64,000 nucleotides of DNA from Acidobacteriota bacterium (GTDB lineage: Bacteria > Acidobacteriota > UBA6911). How positions within the stretch are numbered: the first letter of the stretch is position 1; each line of letters opens with the position of its first letter. The stretch lies in contig QHZE01000458.1 of NCBI GenBank assembly GCA_003225335.1, positions 4,754 to 68,753 on the forward strand, read 5' to 3'. The translations under genes and the position numbers were made by a program. Below the pieces are notes generated by a model. The model was not told the DNA's origin. It worked only from the letters and a program-made list of their open reading frames with translations, and made no database searches. Positions 19,633-29,294 of the stretch are shown in pieces.

Positions 19633-19971
19633 GGGGTGTAATTAGAAGTGCGAGTCACGTTTCATAAATGCGGTAACGTAACGTATTCCGCCCCAGCGGT
19701 GCGAAAGGAAATTAGCCGGGGGTGAGCGAAGCGAACCCCCGCGTAGAAGAGGAACAATGATACGCGCACCCCGGCAGGGGTTGCAGGAGCTCCCCCGCGC
19801 CCGTGCCGCTGCCGGGGCGCATTCGTTTATTCCAATATTCCGGGGGTTCGCCTCGCTCACCCCCCGGCTAAGCTCGCAGCACCCTTCCAGGGCGCCGGGC
19901 CCGATCTGGGAAAATACGTTGGTGTATTTATGAAATCATGAACTTGGTGACTCGCACTTCTGATTACACCC
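19633..19971. mobile_element. MITE family B-related element with extended 25-bp outer TIRs
   Basis: The outer TIRs are ggggtgtaattagaagtgcgagtcac ... gtgactcgcacttctgattacaccc. The core is shared with the B copies at 33193 and 56148 (ttcataaatgcggtaacg...ccggcaggggttgcagga...). Confidence 0.65.
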
Positions 19972-20037
19972 GCCGGTGAGAGACACGACCGGGTCAATTC
20001 AGACCGCGATGCCATCTGGTGTCGCATTCGGGACGTG

Positions 20038-21864
20038 CTACTTCGGGGATTGCTGCGGGGTGCGCTTCCGGATAGCCTCAAGCTCTCTCCGTGCCCGTTG
20101 CTCTTCTTCGGATCTTCCGAGGCTGGCATAGATCTGCGCTAGCTGTTCGAGTGACTCTTCAGCGATTGGGCCTTCCCGTTCCAAGCGAACCGCCGTTTGG
20201 AGATCTGGAATCGCCTGCTCCACCTCGCCCGCTTCCAGCCACGCGTCCGCCACGATCTGGTGGATCCTGGCCGTGGTGGAGTCCTTTCCCGCCAGCAGCC
20301 GGGCCATCCTGTGCGCCGCGTCGCGCCTGGAGAGACGCACGTAGGCCTTCAACAGGGCGGCGATTACTTCCCGATCATCGGGTGCCGTCTTCAGTTGGGA
20401 CTCCAGGCTCTCGGCGGCTTCCGAGTAGCGAGTTGCGGCCAGCAAGCTCAACCCGAGCCATCGGTGCAGATCCGGGATGTCCTGCGTAACCTTGAGCGTC
20501 TGGCGCAGCGCCGTAACGGCGGGATCGAACTGAGAGGTAAGATAGAGGTCAATCCCCAAGAAATAATTGGCCCCCACCAGGCTTGGGTTCAGCTCCAATG
20601 CCTTTCGCAGATTCGCCATCGCTTCGTCCAGTCGGTTCTCGTCGTGGTAGAGGAGCCCCAGATTCATGTACGCTTCCGCCAGGTTCGGCGCTAGCTTCAG
20701 GAGCCGGAGGTATTTCTGTTCCGCCTCGGCCGGTTGTCCGCGTTTTTGGGCGGCGATCGCCTCTCGGAGCGATTCAGCAACGGTGCTCCCGGGATCGAGA
20801 TACTCGACCTTCTGACGGCCTCCGCCGATGAGCATCTTTTCCTTGGCGCCCGTCTCGGTTCGGCGAAGTTCCTCGGCGCGCGCGAGCTCCTTTCGGGCAT
20901 CCTCCACCCTTCCGTTTCGGCTGTAAAGCAGACCCAGGGTGTAATGAGCCTCCCGGTGGTTTGGCTCCAACGCAAGACATCGTAGGAGATGTCTCTCGGC
21001 CGCCGCAAGCGATCCGTCGTTGAGTGCCAATCGGCCCAGGGAGGCGAAGCTGTTGGCATGTTCAGGACGGGCTCTGAGAATCTCGTCGTAGAGCCTGCGG
21101 GCCAAGTCCGGGTCGCCGTTGCCTTCGGCGATCTGCGCCAGATGGAACTTCGCCTCGACGAAGTTGGGATCGAGCTCGAGGCATTGTCGAAGACTTACGG
21201 CAGCTTCCTCTGTCCGCCCGACCTTGTAAAGGTAGTACCCTCGAGAAAAATGACCGTAGGGGCTTCGAGGGTTTCTTCTGAGAACCTCCTGCAGCAAACG
21301 CAGACAGTCTTCAATATCGCCGCGGGCAAAATGGGAGGTGGCGAGGAATAAGGTGTACTGTTCGTTTGCAGGATCGAGCGCCCGTGCCTTCTGAAGCGCG
21401 TGGATGGCATCACCGTAGAGCCCCCTCCCGTAGCCGGTCTCGGCGAGACGAAGTAACAGCTCAGGATCGGAAGTCCCGGCTTTTGTGGCCTGATGGAAGT
21501 ACGAGAGCGCTTCATCGGCGTTGCCGACTTCCTCATTGGCTAGAGAAAGCGAGAGCAGCGCTTCCGGGGAGCTTGGGTCGTGTTCTAGAGCTTTTGCCAG
21601 AATCACGATCGCCTCAGCGGGACGATGCTGGGCAAGGCGCACCCTTCCGAGCAAGCTCAGGGCTCCGGCATGATTCGGTTCTTTCTTGAGAATGGCCTCG
21701 AGGATCTTGGCGGCGCCATTCCAGTGCTCCTGTTTAATGGCTGCACGGGCTTCTTCGAGGCTATCGCGCGCCGTAAGATAGACCGCGTTTGAGGGTGGCC
21801 CGATCAAAAGGACCAACCAAAGGATCGCGATGCGTGGGAATAGATTCGGAACTCTAGCCATCAC
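20038..21864 (-). CDS. Secreted tetratricopeptide (TPR) repeat protein (608 aa)
   Basis: Signal peptide, then more than 12 TPR-like repeats (AxxxYxxALxxxP periodicity). Confidence 0.75.
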   Translation of the reverse strand: MMARVPNLFPRIAILWLVLLIGPPSNAVYLTARDSLEEARAAIKQEHWNGAAKILEAILKKEPNHAGALSLLGRVRLAQHRPAEAIVILAKALEHDPSSPEALLSLSLANEEVGNADEALSYFHQATKAGTSDPELLLRLAETGYGRGLYGDAIHALQKARALDPANEQYTLFLATSHFARGDIEDCLRLLQEVLRRNPRSPYGHFSRGYYLYKVGRTEEAAVSLRQCLELDPNFVEAKFHLAQIAEGNGDPDLARRLYDEILRARPEHANSFASLGRLALNDGSLAAAERHLLRCLALEPNHREAHYTLGLLYSRNGRVEDARKELARAEELRRTETGAKEKMLIGGGRQKVEYLDPGSTVAESLREAIAAQKRGQPAEAEQKYLRLLKLAPNLAEAYMNLGLLYHDENRLDEAMANLRKALELNPSLVGANYFLGIDLYLTSQFDPAVTALRQTLKVTQDIPDLHRWLGLSLLAATRYSEAAESLESQLKTAPDDREVIAALLKAYVRLSRRDAAHRMARLLAGKDSTTARIHQIVADAWLEAGEVEQAIPDLQTAVRLEREGPIAEESLEQLAQIYASLGRSEEEQRARRELEAIRKRTPQQSPK

Positions 21865-22071
21865 CGCAGACTCTAAAAGGTTTTCTGGTCGCCGCCGATT
21901 CTAACTTGGCTACCTAAGCTTTGCAGAAAAACGGGAGTGTTCAGTTCAAAGCCATCAGCCGTTGACATGAACTAGAGGATTTGAGCCTTCTCGAAATCAT
22001 TTCAACTTAACACAGTGTCCCGGAAATGTGGCTTGGTTAGACTGAAGGGCAACCGCCTTGTAAGTATTACT

Positions 22072-22086
22072 GTGTGATAATCACAC
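22072..22086. promoter_or_regulatory. Perfect 15-bp palindrome GTGTGATAATCACAC upstream of the ASPIC/UnbV gene (candidate operator); a TATAAT box lies at about 22113-22118
   Basis: The arms are 7 bp with a 1-bp spacer. It lies 50 bp upstream of the ATG at 22136, in a divergent intergenic region shared with the TPR gene. Confidence 0.3.
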
Positions 22087-22135
22087 TCCCGCAAATCTCA
22101 GGTAGCTAGCATATAATAGCCCTCTTAAGCGTTCC

Positions 22136-23869
22136 ATGGTCTCAAGAAGAGTGACTCTCTCGAAACTCCCGCGGTTGTTTCCCGCCAAGAGGCACTGGAC
22201 ATGGATTGGGACGCTCTCAATCCTGGTCTTCTGCCTGAGATCCGGTTCGGCCGACAGGCCCTCTCCGACCAATCGCTGGCCGACTTTTGTTGATGTTGCA
22301 CAGGAATCGGGCCTCCACTTCCTGCATCGCTCCTCCGCAACATCGAACAAGTATCTGGTCGAAACTATGGGCTCGGGAGTGGGACTACTGGACTATGACG
22401 GCGACGGGTATCTCGACATCTTTCTCCTGAACGGCGCGAAGATCGAGACCGAGATGAAGCCAGGGATGTCACCCGATAAATCGCAATCTCCTTATTGGAA
22501 TCGCCTCTTTCGAAACAACCACGACTGGACATTCACGGATGTCACCGAGCGCGCAGGAGTGCAAGGGAAGGGCTATTCGATGGGGGTAGCGGTGGGAGAT
22601 TATGACAATGACGGCCGACCCGATCTCTATGTCACTGCCTTCCCCTCAAACCAACTCTATTGGAACAAGGGCGATGGAACCTTCGTCGATGTCACAGCAA
22701 GGGCGGGGGTGGGAGGAGGCGGCTGGTCCTCCAGCGCCGGTTTTTTCGACTACGATAACGATGGGAACCTGGACCTTTTCGTCTGTCGGTATATGGAGTG
22801 GGATTTCCATGACATCTCCTGCGGCCGGCCAGAACTGCGTTCTTATTGCGACCCGAAGCAGTTTCCCGCCATTTCCAACCTCCTTTACAAGAACCAGGGC
22901 AACGGGACATTTCTGGACGTGACGCGGACGAGCGGCATCGGCGAGCACCCAAGCAAGGGACTGGGAGTGGCCTTCAACGACTTCGACGGAGACGGGTGGA
23001 CCGACATCATGGTAGCCAACGACGGTGTTCCGCAGTCCCTGTTCCGAAACAACCGTAATGGGACCTTCACCGAGCAAGCCCTGCTTGCCGGTGCCGCCTA
23101 CGACGAAAATGGGAACACCTTCGCAGGCATGGGCATAGATTTTGCCGATTACGACGACGACGGCTGGCCCGATATCTTCATTACGACACTCTCGCTTGAA
23201 AAGTACGCTCTGTTTCGCAATCTCGGTGGAAAGGGTTTTGATTACGTGACCAACCGATCCGGCATCGGCAAGGCCAGCCGGCTGACGGCAGGATGGGGAG
23301 CTTTCTTCTTTGATGCCGATAACGACGGCTGGAAAGACATTTTCGTTGCCCAGGGGCATGTGATGGATACGATTGAATCGACCAACCCTACGCTGCGCTA
23401 CATGCAATCACCGTCGTTATTGCGTAACCTGCGGGGGAGGTTTCAAGATGTTTCCCAGGAGTCCGGCAAGCCGTTCTCCGTCCCTCAAGCCGGCCGGGGA
23501 GCTGCATTCGGCGATCTGGACAACGACGGGAATCTTGATCTTGTGGTCGTGGACCTCGATCGCCCGGTTCAGGTGTTGCGTAACAAGGGGGGACATGACC
23601 CCGGGTGGATCACGCTTAACTTGTCGAGCCCACACTCCAACCGGGACGCTGTAGGTGCCAAGATTCAGGTGGAATCGGAGCCGGGACACGTCCAGTTTGG
23701 GTATGTTACGCGTGCTGTTGGTTATCTCTCCTCGAGCGACGTCCGGACACACTTTGGGCTCGGGGATGCTTCTGTCGTGCAGAGAATCAAGATCCGTTGG
23801 CCGAGCGGAAGCGTGCAAACACTGGAATCAGTGCCCGCCAGGCGCTTCCTTAAACTTTCGGAGCCGTGA
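22136..23869 (+). CDS. CRTAC1-family protein (FG-GAP/VCBS-like repeats + C-terminal ASPIC/UnbV domain), secreted
   Basis: Repeated DYDGDGYLDIF / DYDNDGxxDL calcium-binding FG-GAP motifs are present. The C-terminal ...IKIRWPSGSVQTLESVPARRFLKL is typical of ASPIC/UnbV. Confidence 0.75.
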   Translation: MVSRRVTLSKLPRLFPAKRHWTWIGTLSILVFCLRSGSADRPSPTNRWPTFVDVAQESGLHFLHRSSATSNKYLVETMGSGVGLLDYDGDGYLDIFLLNGAKIETEMKPGMSPDKSQSPYWNRLFRNNHDWTFTDVTERAGVQGKGYSMGVAVGDYDNDGRPDLYVTAFPSNQLYWNKGDGTFVDVTARAGVGGGGWSSSAGFFDYDNDGNLDLFVCRYMEWDFHDISCGRPELRSYCDPKQFPAISNLLYKNQGNGTFLDVTRTSGIGEHPSKGLGVAFNDFDGDGWTDIMVANDGVPQSLFRNNRNGTFTEQALLAGAAYDENGNTFAGMGIDFADYDDDGWPDIFITTLSLEKYALFRNLGGKGFDYVTNRSGIGKASRLTAGWGAFFFDADNDGWKDIFVAQGHVMDTIESTNPTLRYMQSPSLLRNLRGRFQDVSQESGKPFSVPQAGRGAAFGDLDNDGNLDLVVVDLDRPVQVLRNKGGHDPGWITLNLSSPHSNRDAVGAKIQVESEPGHVQFGYVTRAVGYLSSSDVRTHFGLGDASVVQRIKIRWPSGSVQTLESVPARRFLKLSEP

Positions 23870-23870
23870 G

Positions 23871-24018
23871 GCCGGGCTCCAGTGGCAGGCTGCGGCCCGC
23901 AGGCCCGCTGGCCGCGTTGCTCGCTCCTTACATACCGCAACGGGTATGCTCGTCGCTCGCGCCTTGCCAGCGGGCTGAGGGCCTGCAGCAAAGTGCAAAT
24001 GCTATTCTGTGACGTGCC
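23871..24018. repeat. MITE family C partial copy
   Basis: It is similar to the element at 59171-59441 (gcaggcccgctgg...cgagcg... core and a cctgcagcaaagtgcaaatg...-type terminus). It lies directly after the stop of the ASPIC gene. Confidence 0.5.
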
Positions 24019-24764
24019 CTAACCGGAAAAGCTCAAATAATCCATCCTACCGCCGTCTACAGTTACGATCTGTCCGGTCATGAAGCTGGCGTCGGAGGAA
24101 GCCAGAAAAGCGACGACAGAGGCGATGTCGGAGGGCTCGCCGACCCGGCGCAGGGCACTCCTCCCGGCGAAATCTTTCACCAGGCCATCTACCTCCTCCG
24201 GGGTCCTCCCGCGAGTCACAATGTCGGTCTTCACAAGCCCGGGGGCAACAGCATTGACGTTAATGTTGTACGGCCCGAGCTCGAATGCGAGCCGCTTGGT
24301 CAGCGTCATCGCGGCGGCCTTTGTGGTGCCGTAGAACGTAGTTCCCGAAGACGCGTTCGCGTAGCCTGCGATTGAGGTGATGTTTACGATCGAGCCGGAC
24401 CGTTGATGAGTCATCGAAGGGATCACGGCGCGAACACAGTGGAGAATCCCCTGGAGATTAACACGCCACATCTTTTCGAGGTCACGGTACAGATCTGCGT
24501 CCAAGTAAGAGAACAGATCGCCATGGTGAACCACCGCGGCGTTGTTAACCAGAACGTCGAGACGGCCAAACCTCTCGATTGCTTGCTGGACCATCGAATG
24601 CACTGCGGCGCTGTCGGCCACATCCGCTTGAATCGCCAGTGCCTCTCCTCCCGCGGCCCCGATGCCCTCGACGACCTGCCGAGCAGCGGAGAGGCCCCGG
24701 TTACCAGGGCTACTCTACCAAGAAATCTCTTGCACTGTACCAGGCCGTCTTCTGTGTGTTGCAT
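24019..24764 (-). pseudogene. Short-chain dehydrogenase/reductase (SDR) with a frameshift about 24650-24700
   Basis: The N-terminal glycine motif (GRVALVTGAS) is in one frame (ORF 24764->24423). The remaining 200 aa, with the NNAAV, YxxxK-like and PGLVKTD motifs, are in another frame (24621->24019). Confidence 0.6.
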
Positions 24765-24777
24765 AGGCCCCCGACTA

Positions 24778-25271
24778 GGTCCTCTTGGTGGACACGAAGT
24801 TCACAAACCTGTCAAATTTGCATCATGGGTCTCGCTCGGGAGGGCACGGCTTCAGCCGTGCCGCTAAAATTGGGTCAAGCCGGGGCTTTAGCCCCTGAGG
24901 GACTGCATCGACTCACTGTTGTGCAACACCTCAGCGGCTAAAGCCTCTCCTCCTGATACGCATTCCTACGGCACGACTGAAGTCGTGCCCTCCCGTGTTA
25001 AATAGCCAGATCCAGCACGGGTTCCTCCCCGACTGGCTGGGCGGCGGTATGAGGATCCCTCGCTATACATAGCGAGCAGACCTCATACCGCCGAGGGTAG
25101 GGAACCGCCGATGGACGCCGATCCACGCCGATGAGCGGCGCCGAACATCGGCGTGCATCCGCGTTCATCGGCGGTTTCAAACAACTGCGCTTGTTCCATT
25201 TCTCTTTTATCAACCATGCCTCTCGGACGAAATTTGACCATTTTGTGAACTTTGTGTCCACCAAGTGGACC
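24778..25271. repeat. Structured intergenic element bounded by inverted copies of an about 45-bp motif (aaatttgac..ttgtgaactttgtgtccaccaag), full of hairpins
   Basis: The left arm at 24778-24826 is the reverse complement of the right arm at 25228-25271. The interior contains several perfect hairpins (gggagggcacggcttcagccgtgccgc; ggctttagcc...ggctaaagcc; ggtatgagg...cctcatacc). A third copy of the motif is at 48708-48747. Confidence 0.45.
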
Positions 25272-25359
25272 TAGCCTATCATCGTAAAGAGTGAATACAA
25301 AGTGCAGGATACACAAATCGGTTGATTCCTCTGGCCGTCGCCTATACCGTGAAAAGAGC

Positions 25360-26694
25360 ATGTCGCCGAGGAACGCAGGAACGATGTCCGAGATCCGACC
25401 TGTGGAAAGCGCTCACTGGCAGTTTGACAATGTGCGCTGGTTGATTGTTGGCGTGCTGTTTTGCGGTAGCCTCGTGAACTATCTCGATCGCGTGGCGCTT
25501 TCTATCGTTGTGCCGCAGATCCGTGGAGAGTTCGGCCTCAGCAACAGCGATTACGCGCTGATCCTGAATGCCTTCATGGCGGCCTACGCTTTGTCATACG
25601 GATTCGGGGGAAAGCTCGCCGATTGGCTGGGTACGCGGGCAAGCTTTTACGTGACAGTCGGCTGGTGGTCGGTCGCCGCCTGTCTGCACAGCCTATCCCG
25701 GGGCCTCGTTTCGTTAGCCGCCTTTCGCTTCATGCTGGGTCTGGGCGAGGCAGGATATTTCCCGAGCGGAATTCGGGCGATTTCCGAGTGGTTTCACCCG
25801 CGGGATCGCAGTAAGGCGGTCGGCATTCTCCTGGCGGGCATGAGCGTCGGAGCTCTTTTGGGTCCGCCGGTGGTTGCCGCTCTGACCCTCAAGTTCGGCT
25901 GGCGGGTGATGTTTTTGCTCACCGGAGCTCTTGGGTTTTCGTTGCTGCTCCCCTGGAGCTTGTTCTACAGGAGGCCCGAAAGGCACCCCTGGGTGACGCC
26001 GGGCGAGCGAGAATATCTGAAGGAAGCCGCTGCCGTCCCCGAAGGAGCCTACGAGAGGCGAATGATGGTGCGGGACTTCCTGCGTTACCGGACCGTCTGG
26101 ACCGTGATTGCGGCGCGGCTGATCTTGGATTCCAGCAATTATTTCTTCCTCTTCTGGATCCCGGACTACCTGATCCGCCAGCGGGGTTTCAGTCTGGCGA
26201 TGATCGGCGGGATGCTTTGGATCCCCTACGTGGCCTCGGACGTTGGCTTGATCACCGGGGGTTGGACTTCGAGCTATCTGATGCGTCGTGGCTTCCCCGT
26301 GGGGTTTGCACGCAAGAGCTGCATGGTCGGTTTCGCTTCGCTGCTCCCGCTGGTCGTTCTGGTGAATTGGTCTACCAGCCCTACCTGGATTATCGCGTTA
26401 CTCTCGATTGTGCTGTTTGGCTTTGCAGGTATAGCAGTGAACATACAAACAGTGGCAACCGATCTGGCTCCCAGCCACTCTGTGGGAACCCTGTATGGCA
26501 TCGCTGGATTTTCCGGTAGCGTTGGGGCGGTGTTTCTGCAGACCGTGATAGGCTACCTGGCGGACCGAGGCAGGTACGGCCTGATTTTCGGCATGGTAGG
26601 GTTTCTGCCTTTCGTGTCCGCACTAATCATGTTGACGGCCCCTATTGGAACACTTCGCAGGCCGGAACCGGCGCCCGATCTTGAAGGAACATAG
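25360..26694 (+). CDS. MFS transporter (anion:cation symporter/hexuronate-like subfamily)
   Basis: 12 predicted TM segments. The MFS signature region is present (DRVALSIVVPQ...GLGEAGYFPSG...). The start is at an internal ATG (MSPRNAG...). Confidence 0.8.
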   Translation: MSPRNAGTMSEIRPVESAHWQFDNVRWLIVGVLFCGSLVNYLDRVALSIVVPQIRGEFGLSNSDYALILNAFMAAYALSYGFGGKLADWLGTRASFYVTVGWWSVAACLHSLSRGLVSLAAFRFMLGLGEAGYFPSGIRAISEWFHPRDRSKAVGILLAGMSVGALLGPPVVAALTLKFGWRVMFLLTGALGFSLLLPWSLFYRRPERHPWVTPGEREYLKEAAAVPEGAYERRMMVRDFLRYRTVWTVIAARLILDSSNYFFLFWIPDYLIRQRGFSLAMIGGMLWIPYVASDVGLITGGWTSSYLMRRGFPVGFARKSCMVGFASLLPLVVLVNWSTSPTWIIALLSIVLFGFAGIAVNIQTVATDLAPSHSVGTLYGIAGFSGSVGAVFLQTVIGYLADRGRYGLIFGMVGFLPFVSALIMLTAPIGTLRRPEPAPDLEGT

Positions 26695-26917
26695 GCCATT
26701 CGACGTAGATTCGGACGGTTTCGTTAGAACGTGCGGTTGGTGCTGCCGATAAAGCTGCTGTGGCCGTGGCTCTAATCGCGGTCCTGTTTGCGTCAACCGC
26801 GGATGCCTCGATGGTGCAGCGACGACGAACGCGAGGGTGAATAACCCATTGACCACTCCAGAATCCGTGTATATAGTATACAGAGATCTCACACCGGTCG
26901 AATCTCGTGGAGTGGTG

Positions 26918-29260
26918 ATGGGAGGGAAAGGTCGCCGTCTTCGGCAGCTCTATCTGTTAGCTCTTTCACTGTGGATCTCCGGCATTGGCCCGGGCGAGGC
27001 AAAGGACAATCTTGGTGTACGCCTCCCTTCCCTGGAGCGAATCCTCCCACTGGGGGGTCGAGCCGGTACGGAGGTCTCTGTGTCGTTGCTGGGCGACATG
27101 CTGTCAAACACCGAAGCTGTCGAGTTCGACTGCGCGGATCTCAGCTTCAAACTCGGCAAAGCCAACGCCGGTGGAATTGACGGCGCGATTCGGATCTCAC
27201 CGGGTGCCGCCCTGGGTCCCCACATGTTGCGAGCCAGAACCAAGGACGGGCGGACCAATGCGTTAATGTTTACCGTGGGTCAGTTCACCCCTGTCGCCGA
27301 GCAAGAACCCAACGAGTCCAAGGACCAGGCCCAGAAGGTCGCTCCGCCGTGTGAGATTTACGGCAGCATGGGAAAGGAGGACCGAGACTACTTCTCAGTC
27401 CAGGCGGAGGCCGGCGAGCGCTGGCTGTTTGAAATCCGGGCGGCTCAATACGGTTCGACTTTCGAGAGCCAGTTATACCTTCGTGACGAGAACGGAAGAG
27501 AGCTTGCTTTCAACGACGACCGTGGAGACTTCGATGTCAACTCGATGATCGATTTTACCTTCAGGAAAAAGGGCAAATACTTCGTTCACGTGGATGCCTT
27601 CAGAAATGTGCGCAGCTGGGAGTTCACGAAAAACTGCGGCTATGTTCTTCGCATTTCTAAACTCCCGCGTCTCTCCTACATTGCGCCGCTGGGTGCTCGG
27701 GCAGGAAGCACTGTCAAGCTGCACATCGCGGGAGTCGCTCTCCAAGAAACACGGCGGGTTTTCCTGTCGCCGACGCGACGCGGAGAGTACTCCACTCTGT
27801 CGATACCGTGGACGCTTCCGGTTCGTTTTGTGGAGGACTTTTCCAGCGTGGCCGAGGCTCCCAGAGTGGAAGCGAAGGTCCTAACGGCTGGCCCCGAAAG
27901 TGCGGAGGTGGAGTTCACTGCTCCCGCGGAACCGTTAGGCACATGGTCGGTGTTTGTGGAGGGGAAGGACGGGATAACGGATCCGATGCTCTTTGAGGTA
28001 GGCCGGGAAGATGAGCTCGCCGAAGTCGAGCCTAATGACGCGCGCGATGCTCCCCAGCCGATTGCTCTGGAAGGGGAGAAGCCTCTGGTCATCAACGGCG
28101 CTTTGCAGCGCCGAAAAGTGACCGAGCTGATCCAGGACGTGGACTTCTATGCGCTGAAGGCGAAGAAGGGTGTTCCGTTACACCTGTACACCGTCGCCTA
28201 TCAGTTGCGGGCGCCGGAGATCGATACGGTTCTGAGGGTGCTCGACTCCAAGGGAAAAGTGCTGGCCGAGAGCGACGATTTGACTGCAGGCCGGGGCTTC
28301 CTGATGGGCTCGGCCGACAGTAGCCTGTTTTACGTTCCCGAACAGGATGAAGAGATCTTCGTAACCGTTCTGGACAGGGTCGGGAGGGGTGGGCCGAGCT
28401 ACCAGTACCGCCTTCATATCAAGGTCGAAGAGCCTGGTTTTCACCTTATTGTCGCTCCACAGTCCGGGCTCCGGTCCGTGCCGATTTCCAATTTCACCGT
28501 TCCTCGAGGAGGCGAGGCCAACCTGCTTGTTAGCCTGTTTCGCCTGCCACCCCAAAGCTATTCGGACGATCCTCTCGCAGCCTCTTTGGCTCCGCCTCCC
28601 GGTGCTGTCATGAAGGGAGTGGTGCGGGTCTGGGTTGAAGGGCTGCCGCCCGGTGCGACCGCAGTGGAAAACAAGTTTCGTGCCGATGAGATCACGGAAC
28701 CCGGAGGGGATGGCGTCACGATGGCGATCCCCGAACGGCTGGTGACGATCAACATGCCGGCCTCGGTCCCAGCGGGAACTTACCCGTTCCGGGTGATGGG
28801 TGAGGTCATCGGGAACGAAAAGGTCCGCGCCGTCGGCGTGGCCATGGACAGTATGGGCGGCCTGATGGGGTCCTGGAACTACTTCAATCTTCCGGGCGCG
28901 GAGACCATGCTCACTGTCATTGATCCCGGAGGAATGACGCTCGAGCTTGAGAAGGACAAGGTCAGCATTGCCCAGGGGGGATCGACCGAAATCATCATAA
29001 CCAACTGGCGGAAAAAGGATGATGATCCTTTACCCAAGATACGGATGGTCCATGTTCCAGAAGGGCTCCGGCATGAGGTGAGCATTGGTGAAAAGGGCAA
29101 TCTTTTGGTCACGCTACGCGCCGGTGAAGATTTACCGATCAAACCGATCGAGGATGTGTACATAGAGATTGAACTGGGCAACCGGATCGTCTCCACACGC
29201 CCTTTTAACATCACGGTCTTTGCTAAGGAAAAAGAAGGCCTCACAGCCGGTCAGTTCTAA
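26918..29260 (+). CDS. Large secreted protein with pre-peptidase C-terminal (PPC)-like domains
   Basis: Signal peptide. There are at least two PPC-like segments (DRDYFSVQAEAGERWLFEIRAA...; DVDFYALKAKKGVPLHLYTVAY...DDLTAGRGF...). It sits immediately upstream of a DUF1549/DUF1553 + DUF1501 pair. Confidence 0.5.
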   Translation: MGGKGRRLRQLYLLALSLWISGIGPGEAKDNLGVRLPSLERILPLGGRAGTEVSVSLLGDMLSNTEAVEFDCADLSFKLGKANAGGIDGAIRISPGAALGPHMLRARTKDGRTNALMFTVGQFTPVAEQEPNESKDQAQKVAPPCEIYGSMGKEDRDYFSVQAEAGERWLFEIRAAQYGSTFESQLYLRDENGRELAFNDDRGDFDVNSMIDFTFRKKGKYFVHVDAFRNVRSWEFTKNCGYVLRISKLPRLSYIAPLGARAGSTVKLHIAGVALQETRRVFLSPTRRGEYSTLSIPWTLPVRFVEDFSSVAEAPRVEAKVLTAGPESAEVEFTAPAEPLGTWSVFVEGKDGITDPMLFEVGREDELAEVEPNDARDAPQPIALEGEKPLVINGALQRRKVTELIQDVDFYALKAKKGVPLHLYTVAYQLRAPEIDTVLRVLDSKGKVLAESDDLTAGRGFLMGSADSSLFYVPEQDEEIFVTVLDRVGRGGPSYQYRLHIKVEEPGFHLIVAPQSGLRSVPISNFTVPRGGEANLLVSLFRLPPQSYSDDPLAASLAPPPGAVMKGVVRVWVEGLPPGATAVENKFRADEITEPGGDGVTMAIPERLVTINMPASVPAGTYPFRVMGEVIGNEKVRAVGVAMDSMGGLMGSWNYFNLPGAETMLTVIDPGGMTLELEKDKVSIAQGGSTEIIITNWRKKDDDPLPKIRMVHVPEGLRHEVSIGEKGNLLVTLRAGEDLPIKPIEDVYIEIELGNRIVSTRPFNITVFAKEKEGLTAGQF

Positions 29261-29294
29261 AGGGCTCTGAGAGGCCGGACTCGAGGGTTGGAGG

